NCBI GenBank assembly: GCA_963759805.1
Contig: CAVXAT010000001.1
Span: forward strand, 224,001-288,000
DNA from: an uncultured bacterium
GTDB lineage: Bacteria; Babelota; Babeliae; Babelales; RVW-14
Reading direction: 5' to 3'
DNA length: 64,000 nucleotides
The notes under the pieces were generated by a model. The model had not been told where the DNA came from, ran no database searches, and was given only the letters and a program-made list of their open reading frames with translations. Below are positions 10,378 to 21,400 of this stretch, piece by piece. The translations under genes and the position numbers were made by a program. Every line of letters starts with the position of its first letter. Within the stretch, counting starts at the first letter, position 1.

Positions 10378-12456
10378 ATGCGTGTGCAGTATAAAATTGT
10401 TTTGGTTACTTGCTTATTAACTATCAATATTTTGGGGCACATCCAATGTGGCAGTCTGCTTGGTCGTGCCGGGGTACTGTACACAACAACGCACAATATT
10501 TTTAAGGATCAACAGAGTGCCATTGGTTTGGTTAGGATGGCAAATGGTTTTACACTTGCACCGGCTGCAGCGCATGGATCCTCTGGTTCTGTTTACATGG
10601 ACACGTGCATCTCCGTCTCCGGTGCAATCGATTTACGTGAAACAAACACAATAATTCTTCTTGCAGATTTAAATCTTGATAACGGGGTTACATTTTCTTC
10701 CGGTGGAAGATTGTATGGTTACGACAGAGAATTAATTCTGAATGGCGATTTAACAATTCCTGCCGGAAAGGTTATTCACACGGGAGGAAGAGTAGTTATT
10801 AATGGCCAAGGGCATACATTAAACCTTGGGGGCAGATCACAGCTTTTTGTTGATACCGGGGCTACGCTGACGCTGAAAAATCTAATTGTGCAAGGTACGC
10901 TGAACAGTCCGGGAAGCCCTGTCATCCAGTGTGCATCTTCCCGAAGCCAACTTTGTTTGGATAATGCTGAGCTTGATCTTCCCAATGATTTTTATTTTAA
11001 TCAAGGCAGCATGTTTGTTCATAATGATGTTGCTGTAACCGGTACGTCAGCATTCTTTTACAGTTCGTGCCAGCCAAGCTTTATAACTTCAGGGGCAAAA
11101 TTGTACTTTGATGTCGGCACAACACTTGATTTTTATCCGAGCACAACCGGAACGCCTTCGCTTTTGGCAAAAGATTTATTGTTTATGTCCGATTCGACAA
11201 GTCAGCTTTATTTAAACGGTTGCACCCTTAAATCAACTTATACCGGATTTCGTTTAACCCAGGGACAATTGTTGTTTGATAATAAAGTATCAATGACAAG
11301 TGCGGCAGCCCTTCGACTCGTCGACTTTTCTACTACTGTCACTAATTGGCAGGCATCATCAAGAGCTGCTTGTGTCGATTGGCACCCTTCGGGAAAGTAC
11401 GTTGCATTTGGTGTTGATAGTGGGCCTGCCGGCTCTATCAGATTTGTAGTTCTAGGGTTTAATGGGACATCCTTTACCCCTATTACTCAAACTGCGACAT
11501 GGTTAATCTTTTGTCTTGGGGCTAGTTGGAGTCCGGATGGAAGATATTTAGCCTGTGCCGGGCAGGATTCATCAAATACCTATGTAAGAGTTTATTCTTT
11601 TAACGGAGCAACTCTTACGCAGGTAGCTTTTGTATCAAGTGGTGGTACTGAGGCCTGGACCGCTCGTTGGAGCCCCGATGGCCGTTATCTTGCGGTTTCT
11701 TCTAATTGGAGCTCAAATCAATTAGCTATTTATGCATTTACAGGAGTTTCTCTTAATTTTGTTACATCAGCGAATGTAGGAGGAATTTCCTTTGGCTCAT
11801 GTTGGAATCCTGATGGACAAACCATTGCTGTAGGTAATGCTGGCAGTGGGCTTGCAATATACAAATTTACGGGGTCGTCATTAGTTTCACTGGATAGTGA
11901 CCCTATTTCTGGTGCTGCTGATACTGTTTGGAGTCCAGATGGAAGATTTCTAGCAACTGCAGCATCGACAGCTGCAGCCCCTATGTTCTGGGTTCATTAC
12001 TTTACCGGTAGCGCATTAGTGCGTGTTGCTTCTTATACAGGCACAACAGGCGCTTCGGGCTACACCGCTTCCTGGGATAAAACCGGACGTTACGTTGCAT
12101 TTTGCGGACAAGATGCAACAACAGCGAATTTTAACGCTATTGTTTTTCAACTTGTGGGGAACACGCTTTCACAAGTTGGCACATTTAAACTTACTAATAG
12201 TTATGCTCGTGGTATTGCATTCAGCCCTGATAACAATTTTTTGGCTATTGCCGGTAATGCTGCCAATTCACCATCATTTGAGGAGGTGCAGATACAGGCA
12301 TTACACTGGAAATATGAGACACAAACTCAGGCACTGTCCAACGCGATTGTTTTTGGCAACTCGGCCTTGGGTGCAAGTTATGATTTGTATGCAAGAGTTT
12401 TGGCAGGGTCGCAGGTTGTCATTGATGGAATATTAAATGATGATAATGTGAATTAG
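10378..12456 (+). CDS. Secreted beta-helix-like scaffold with an inserted WD40-like beta-propeller
   Basis: Same architecture as the upstream paralogs; WHPSG/WSPDG blades; ends DDNVN. Confidence 0.85.
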   Translation: MRVQYKIVLVTCLLTINILGHIQCGSLLGRAGVLYTTTHNIFKDQQSAIGLVRMANGFTLAPAAAHGSSGSVYMDTCISVSGAIDLRETNTIILLADLNLDNGVTFSSGGRLYGYDRELILNGDLTIPAGKVIHTGGRVVINGQGHTLNLGGRSQLFVDTGATLTLKNLIVQGTLNSPGSPVIQCASSRSQLCLDNAELDLPNDFYFNQGSMFVHNDVAVTGTSAFFYSSCQPSFITSGAKLYFDVGTTLDFYPSTTGTPSLLAKDLLFMSDSTSQLYLNGCTLKSTYTGFRLTQGQLLFDNKVSMTSAAALRLVDFSTTVTNWQASSRAACVDWHPSGKYVAFGVDSGPAGSIRFVVLGFNGTSFTPITQTATWLIFCLGASWSPDGRYLACAGQDSSNTYVRVYSFNGATLTQVAFVSSGGTEAWTARWSPDGRYLAVSSNWSSNQLAIYAFTGVSLNFVTSANVGGISFGSCWNPDGQTIAVGNAGSGLAIYKFTGSSLVSLDSDPISGAADTVWSPDGRFLATAASTAAAPMFWVHYFTGSALVRVASYTGTTGASGYTASWDKTGRYVAFCGQDATTANFNAIVFQLVGNTLSQVGTFKLTNSYARGIAFSPDNNFLAIAGNAANSPSFEEVQIQALHWKYETQTQALSNAIVFGNSALGASYDLYARVLAGSQVVIDGILNDDNVN

Positions 12457-12497
12457 TCATAACAACAAAAAAGAGAGAAAGAAAGAGAGAGGGTTTT

Positions 12498-15400
12498 ATG
12501 GAATTAGGATTCAAAAGGATATTAGCTGTTGTAGCAGTTATTGGCGTGTTCTTGCTTAATCCAATGTTTGCAACAGTTTCATTTGATAATATCAATTCGC
12601 AATTTATATTAAAAAACAGCAATTCTGAGATTAGATTAAATCCTGCTGCGGTTCTTGGATGGCAAGATAGCTCTATAATTGCCAACGTTGTAAACGCCGG
12701 CTTGGGCGATTATAATCTACTATTGGATGCCAAAAATATAGGCAACTCAACATATCCAAGTTCAGGGAACATCATAAACTATCCCGGAGTGCCGAACACT
12801 TTGATAGGTTCGAATTGGAACATACAGCCAAACATAATTATTCACGTCACTGCAAATGCCGTTCTTGATGGCAATGGAAACACAATAAATCTTGGTGCCA
12901 ATTCTGAAATTTTTGTTGATGACACTGTGACACTTACGTTGCGAAATGTTGTAATTGATAATACCGAAAATTTTGCCGGCAATCCGCCAATAAAACTTGC
13001 AACGAGCAGGAGCAAGGTTGTTTTTGATAATGCAAGATTAAATTTATCAAATGATTTCTACTTTGATCGTGGTCAGATATTTTTTTACAACGATGTTAAC
13101 GTCACGGGTACTAGTGCAATTATTTATCGCTCTGCAAGTCCAAGTTATATAATGTCGGGTGCAAATCTTAAATTTAATTCTGGGACGACATTGGCCTTCG
13201 CGCCGTCTACAACGGGTGCATCGGGAATTTTGGCAAAAGATTTATTTGTAATGGGTGATGCGACATCAAAGTTGACATTGGATGGAGCATCATTTAAAAC
13301 AACACTGACAGGAATGCGTCTGACCAAAGGACAGTTACTGCTTGGTAATAAAATTACAATGACAAGTGTGGCATCATTACGAGCTACGGGTACAAGTTCC
13401 GTATTTACGCTTCCATCTTACAATGGTGCGCCACTAGCAAGAGCATTCAGTGAAATTGACACGTTGCAGTGGAGCCCTGATGGAAGAATGTTAGCCGCAG
13501 CGGGACATACAAGAGAAAAACCACAGGCCCAGAACGTTGCGGTCTATCTCTTTTCCGGATCAACCACAACAACATTGGCCGCGACTGCCTTTTCCGTGAC
13601 GTCATCAGGTGTGTCGTGGAGTCCTGATGGGCAGTATTTGGCGGCGGGTGGAAAGGTATTCGTACCTACTTCGTTGGGACTTAGTGTATCAACATCGAAT
13701 GTACAAGTTTATTCTATTGTGAATAATACCCTTTCGACAGTTGCGCAGACAAATCTTGGAACAACTCTTGCATCATACGCAGGGCCGGTGAGTTGGAGCC
13801 CTGGCGGTCACTACCTGGCTGTTGGTGGGAACATGCGAGGTTTGACGATCTACCAGTTCAATGGAACTACTCTGAATCAGATTTCAACTGCAACTTCAGG
13901 TTCTGCAAATACAAATGAAGTATTAGGAATTGCTTGGCATCCAAGTGGGAAATATGTTGCGGTTGCTACAAATTTTGTACAGGGAGGGTCAGGTGCAGCC
14001 GGTAGCGTAACCATTTATCAAGTTAATAACGGGGTACTTGTTGCATCTGCATTTGCCGCCAGAAGTTATGGAATCGCTGGATCGGGTGGTTATGCAACAA
14101 GTGTTTCATGGAGTCCGGATGGGAATTTCTTGGCAGCGACGGGAGCAACCTCAGTCTCTGCGGGTGTAATAAATGTTTATACATTTACTCCAGCAACATC
14201 TGCCCTTACAGTAGCTGCAACTTCACCATTTGGAACAATCGCAAGGGTTGTAAAATGGAGTCCTGATGGGAGATTCCTACTGGTAGGAGGAAATAACGGT
14301 ACGGCAGATTTGACATTGTATCTGGAATTTACAGGTTCCGGGTTAGGGATCATACAAACGATCTCTTACGGGAAATCAATTTATACTAGCGACCTGAGTC
14401 CAAACGGTTTATACCTTGCACTTGGTGGTGTCAGTCCTACCGCGGTAGGACCGACCGACGGAGAACTTGAGATAGGCATAGTTGCCTATGGTCAAGAGAC
14501 AACTCTTCAAGCTGTATCAAATTCAATTGTATTTGGTAACTCAGGCTCAGGCTCAAGTTATGATTTGAATTTACAATTACTTTCAGGCGCAAACGTTTCA
14601 GTCGACGGAATAGTTAACTATGATAACGTAAATTCAACATCGATATTTAGTAATAACAATGCAAGTTTTGTGTTAAAAAATAGCAATTCTGAGATTAAAC
14701 TCAGGCCTGCAACGGTTCTTGGCTGGCAGGATAGTTCGATAATTGCCAACGTTGTAAACGCCGGCTTGGGCGATTATAATCTGTTGTTGGATGCCAAAAA
14801 TATAGGCAACTCAACATATCTAAGTTCAGGTAACATAATAAACTATCCCGGAGTGCCGAACACTTTGATAGGTTCGAACTGGAACATACAGCAAAACACA
14901 ATTATTCACGTTACTGCAAATGCCGTTCTTGATGGCAATAACAACACAATAAATCTTGGCGCAAACTCGCAAATTTTTGTTGATGACACTGTAACTTTAA
15001 CGTTGCGAAACGTTATGATCAGCAACAACCAAAATTTTGCAAATAATCCGCCAATAAAACTTGCGACAAGCAGAAGTAAACTTGTTCTTGATAATGCAAG
15101 ATTGAACTTTGTAAATGATTTTTACTTCAACCAGGGCGAACTGTTTTGTTACAACGATGTTAACTTCACGGGAACAAGTTCATTTATTTATCGTTCAACT
15201 GTTCCAAGTCAAATCATGTCTGGAGCAAATCTTAAATTTAATCCAAAGACTACATTCTACTTTGAACCTGCTACAAGCGGTGTGACAGGACTTTTGGCAA
15301 AAGACCTTTTAATGATGGGTGATGCGACATCTAAGTTGACATTGGATGGAGCAACGCTTAAAACAACGCTAACTGGCATGCGTCTGACTCAAGGACAGTT

Positions 15401-18400
15401 GCTGCTTAGTAATAATGTGACTATGACAAGTGCAACGTCATTCAGGGCGACGGGCACAAATGCCGTTCTTACACTTGGTACTGGTATCGCAAACGCATTC
15501 AGCGAAATTGACAATTTGCAGTGGAGTCCTGACGGGAGAAAGTTGGCGGTAGCGGGGCAGACGCGAGCAGTAACATACTCAGCGGGCGTATCTGGTAACC
15601 TTGCAGTGTACCTCTTTTCCGGAACGACAACGTCAACTCTGAGCACTGTAGATTTCTCGGTGACGGCATCTGGGGTTTCATGGAGTCCTGACGGACAGTA
15701 TCTGGCGGCGGGTGGCAAGGTGTATCTGCCGGCATCTTTAGGTCTTTCGGTATCAACATCGAACCTGCAAATTTACTCCGCTGCTAATAACTTTTCTTCA
15801 CCGGTAGTGCAGACAAATCTTGGAACAACCAGAGCCTCATACACTGGACCTGTGAGCTGGAGCCCTGATGGGCGCTATCTGGCAGTTGGTGGCAACATGC
15901 GAAACTTGACGATATACCAGTTTAACGGCAGTGCTTTGAGTCAAGTTTCAGCAACCACTGGCGTATCAGAGGTTCTAGGTATTTCTTGGCATCCAAGCGG
16001 AAAATATATAGCGATTGCTACAAACTCCGCAACGGCAAATAGTATAGCCGTTTATTCTGTTGCTAACGGAGTGCTTGGTGGGTCACCATTATCAACAAAA
16101 AACTATACGGCGGGGTATGGAACAAGTGTTGCATGGAGTCCTGATGGAAACTACTTGGCAACAACAGGGCTGGTTTCGAGTGTCGGTACAATGTATGTTT
16201 ATTCAGTTAATTCAGCGGCTACCACATTGACACAAATTTCAGTTTTATCGTTTGGGACAAGTGCAAGAACGGTAAAGTGGAGCTCGGATGGAAGATTTTT
16301 ACTTGTGGGTGGAAATGATACCGCCTCAAGAGATCTGATACTCTATATAGAATTTCCGTCATTGACTTTCATACAAACAATATCTTTTGGTACATACATT
16401 TATAGTACTGATGTTCATCCAAATGGTCTTTATCTGGCAGCCGGTGGTTATACTACTGCCCCTTCGACACCTTATTATACACTTAATATTGCAAGTATTG
16501 CCTATGGTCAAGAGACGACGCCTCAGGCGATCTCCAATTCGATTGTCTTTGGTAACTCGGCTGCCGGATCAGTATCAGATTTAAGCGTTCAGCTACTTTC
16601 CGGTGCAAACGTCTCAGTCGATGGAATATTGAATTATGATAACACCCTTGGCTACACAATGTTTAGCAACGACAATGCAAGGTTTGTTCTGAAAAACAGC
16701 GCTTCCGAAATTCGCATGACTCCAAACACTGTGGTTGGCTGGAAAAACAGCTCATTAATTGATTCGGTTGCTGGCATTGGGCAGGGTGATTATAACCTAC
16801 TAGCCGACGATGCTAATTTTGATAAAATTTTGCCATTTCAAGGCATCCCAAATACATTGACAAGTCTTGGATGGAACGTTCCTGCCAACACCATAATACA
16901 CATCGACAGCAACACTGTGATTAACGGTAATGGCAATACAATTAACCTTGGCAATAATTCAGAGTTATTTGTTGATGACAATGTGACCTTGACTTTAAGA
17001 AACGTGATTATTAGCAACGCCGAAAATTTTGTAGGAAATCCTGCAATCAAACTTGCATCGAACAGAAGCCAGCTTGTGCTTGATAACTCAACATTAAATA
17101 TTGTTGGTGACTTTTATTTTGATCGCGGTCAACTTTTTGCTTACAACGATGTAAATATAAACGGTACGAGTGCATTTATTTATCGTTCTACAAAACCAAG
17201 TTATATAAAATCAGGTGCAAATCTTAAGTTTAATCCTGGTACGACATTTTCATTTGCGCCATCTACCACCGGTATGCTTGGATTGTTGGCAAAAGATCTA
17301 TTGATAATGAGCGATGCAAGTTCGAAAATTACATTGAATGGAGCAACTCTTAAAACAACATATACCGGATTGCGTTTAACTACAGGGCAGTTGTTACTTG
17401 ATAATAAAGTTTCAATGACGAGCGCTGCTGTTTTGGGGATAACAAGTTTTTACTCCAACATTGTATCATCGCCTAGTTATAATGGCTTCATTTGGTCAGT
17501 TGCATGGAGCCCTGATGGTCGTTATGTTGCATGTGGCGGAGGGACTACAGACAAAGTTAATGTGTATCAGTTTACAGGAACAAGTTTAACGCAAGTAGCA
17601 CAATCTGCATCATACGGCAACACCATTTATTCAGTTGCATGGAGTCCTGATGGTCGTTATGTTGCATGTGGTGGAGCGAATACCAACACGGTTAATGTGT
17701 ATCAGTTTACAGGAACGAGTTTAACACAAGTAGCACAATCTGCCTCATATGTTAATACAATTATATCAGTTGCATGGAGTCCTGATGGTCGTTATGTTGC
17801 ATGTGGAGGAGGGACTAACACGGTTAATGTGTATCAGTTTACAGGAACAAATTTAACGCAAGTTGCACAATCTGCTTCATACGGCGGTAGCATTAGTTCA
17901 GTTGCATGGAGTCCTGATGGTCGTTATGTTGCATGTGGAGGAGGGACTAACACGGTTAATGTGTATCAGTTTACAGGAACAAATTTAACGCAAGTAGCAC
18001 AATCTGCTTCATACGGCGGTATAATTCAGTCAGTTGCATGGAGTCTTGATGGTCGTTATGTTGCATGTGGTGGAGGGACTACCAACAAGATTAACGTGTA
18101 TCAGTTTACAGGAACGAGTTTAACGCAAGTTGCACAATCTGCTTCATACGGCGGTGGCATTATTTCAGTTGCATGGAGTCTTGATGGTCGTTATGTTGCA
18201 TGTGGTGGAGGGACTACCAACAAGATTAACGTGTATCAGTTTACAGGAACGAGTTTAACGCAAGTTGCACAATCTGTTACATACAACGGGCAAATTGAAT
18301 CACTTGCATGGAGTCTTGATGGTCGTTATGTTGCATGTGGTGGACAGAATACCAACACAGTTAATGTGTATCAGCCGCATTATCAAGCAATAGCCACTCC

Positions 18401-21400
18401 CCAAGCAATTTCAAATTCAATCGTGTTTGGTAACTCAGGCTCAGGATCAAGTTATGACTTGAATGTTCAACTACTTTCAGGGGCAAACGTCTCAATCGAC
18501 GGGATTCTAAATTATGACAACACCCAGGGCTACACAATGTTCAGTAATAACAATGCAAGCTTTGTATTAAAAAACAGCAATTCTGAAATTCATATGACCC
18601 CAAACACTGTTGTCGGATGGCAAGACAGCTCTATAATTTCTAACGTCTCAAACGCCGGCTTAGGTGATTACAATTTAATCTCCGATGTGAGTCCAAAAAA
18701 TGCCCAAATTCCAACTAATCTAATAAATTACTCCGGTGTGCCAAATACTTTGGTAGGTTCGAACTGGAACATCCCTGCAAACACAATCGTTCACGTCAGT
18801 AACAATGCAGTGCTTGATGGTAACGGTAACACAATAAGTATTGGTGCCAATTCTGAAATCTTTGTAGATGACACAATAACGTTGACATTGCGTAACGTTG
18901 TAATCAGTAATAATCAGAATTTTGCAAATAATCCGCCGATAGAGCTTGCGACAAGCAGAAGCAAACTTGTTCTTGATAATGCAAGACTGAACTTTGTAAA
19001 TGATTTTTACTTCAACCAGGGCGAACTGTTTTGTTACAACGATGTTAACTTTACGGGAACAAGTTCATTTATTTATCGTTCAACTGTTCCAAGTCAAATC
19101 ATGTCAGGAGCAAATCTTAAATTTAATCCAAAAACTACCTTTTACTTTGAACCTTCCACGAGCGGTACGACCGGACTTTTGGCAAAAGATCTTTTAATGA
19201 TGGGTGATGCGACAAGCAAGATTACACTGGACGGAGCATCGTTGAAAACAACGCTGACCGGCATGCGTCTGACTCAAGGACAGTTGCTGCTTGGTAACAA
19301 TGTTACGATGACAAGTGCAACATCATTCAGGGCCACGGGCACAAATGCCATTCTTACCCTTGGTACCGGTATCGCCAATGCATTCAGAGAAATTGATAAG
19401 TTACAGTGGAGTCCTGACGGAAGAAAACTGGCGGTGGCCGGTCAGACGAGGGAAAAATTACTAGTACAACCAAGTAGCTTATCCGTGTATCTCTTCTCCG
19501 GAACAACGACGTCAACGCTAGCAACTGTCAGCTTTTCAGTGACGGCATCAAGTGTTTCATGGAGTCCTGATGGGCAGTATCTGGCGGCGGGTGGAAAAGT
19601 AAGCATACCGTTATCTTTAACGGTATCAACATCGAACCTACAAATTTACTCTGCTGCTAATAACTTTTCTTCACCGGTAGTGCAGACAAATCTTGGAACG
19701 ACTCGAGCCTCATACACAGGTCCGGTAAACTGGAGTCCTGATGGGCGCTATCTGGCAGTTGGTGGTAATGGGCATGGATTGACGATTTACCAGTTCAATG
19801 GAACTACCCTGAATCAAGTTTCGGCTACGTCTTCAACAGGCCCAGAAGTTTTAGGAATCTCTTGGCATCCAAGTGGAAAATATATTGCTGTTGCAACAAA
19901 TTTCACGGCAGGTGCAGCTGGTGGCATAACGATTTATCCTATTAATAATGGGGTATTGACCACATCTGGTTTACCTTCATCATTTACAAGAACTTATGGA
20001 TCCGCTGGATCCGGTTGTGGAACAAGTGTTTCATGGAGTCCTGATGGAAACTACTTGGCAACAACCGGTCAGGTTACAGGCTTGGCTGGTGGTCCTGGCG
20101 CGATGTATGTTTATGCATTTAATTTGACAGCCCAGTGGACGATGCAAGTCTCAGCGTTACCGTTTGGAACAAGTGCAAGAACGATAAAATGGAGCTCGGA
20201 TGGAAGATTTTTACTTGTGGGTGGTAACGATACTGCATCAAGAGATCTGGTACTCTACATAGAATTTCCGTCATTAACTTTAATAAATATAGTATCTTTT
20301 GGTACGTATATTTATAGCACTGATGTACATCCAAATGGTCTTTATCTGGCAGTCGGTGGTTATACGACCAACCCTTCGAAACCTTATTACACACTTAATA
20401 TTGCAAGTATTGCCTATGGCCAAGAGACGACGCCTCAGGCGATCTCTAACTCAATTGTCTTTGGTAACTCGGCGGCAGGATCAGCATCAGATTTAAGCGT
20501 TCAACTACTTTCCGGTGCAAACGTCTCAGTCGACGGAATAATTAATTATGACAACACCATGGGTTACACAATGTTCAGTAATAACAATGCAAGCTTTGTA
20601 TTAAAAAACAGCAACTCTGAAATTCGCATGCATCCTAATACCGTTATTGGATGGAATGATAGATCCCTTATCAAGAATACAGTTGGAGGTGGGCTTGGTG
20701 ATTATAATCTGGTCTCGTATGCGCCTACTCTGAATAATAATATTGTGAATTATGCAGCAGCTCCTGCCGAACTTGTTTATGATAATAGTAATGCAGTAGT
20801 GGGACTGACGGTAACTGCAAGAACAAATAGTAATGCATTAGTTTATCTGAGAAGAACTACCAGCAATTCAGAAGCATATCTAAGCAGAATGAGCAGCAAC
20901 TCTATTGCATATCTGAGTAGGACGAGTAGTAATTCAATAGCTTATCTGAGTAGAATGACAAGTAATTCGATAGCATGGCTAAGTGGCGTGGAGCGAGGGA
21001 ACAGTAACTTGCTCAGAGTAACGAGTAATGGATTAGTTTATTTGCGAAGGACGACCAGTAATTCAGAAGCATATTTAAGCAGAATGAGCAGTAACTCTAT
21101 TGCATATTTGAGTAGAACGACAAGTAATTCAATAGCTTATCTGAGTAGAATGACAAGTAACTCAATAGCATGGCTCAGCGGTGTGGAGCGAGGGAACAGT
21201 AACTTTCTCAGAATAACAAGTAATGCATTAGTTTATCTAAACAGAACAACAAGTAATTCGATGGCATATTTAAGCAGAATGAGCAGCAACTCGATAGCAT
21301 ATTTAAGTAGGACGAGTAGTAATTCAATAGCTTATCTGAGTAGAATGACAAGTAACTCGATAGCATGGCTAAGTGGCGTGGAGCGAGGGAACAGTAACTT

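Noticed and set aside
17478..18375. Diversity-generating retroelement acting on the WD40 blades
   Set aside because: No reverse transcriptase or template repeat is in the window, and several variable codons (ACA, ATA, CAA, TGG, CAG, GAA) do not fit AAY-template mutagenesis.
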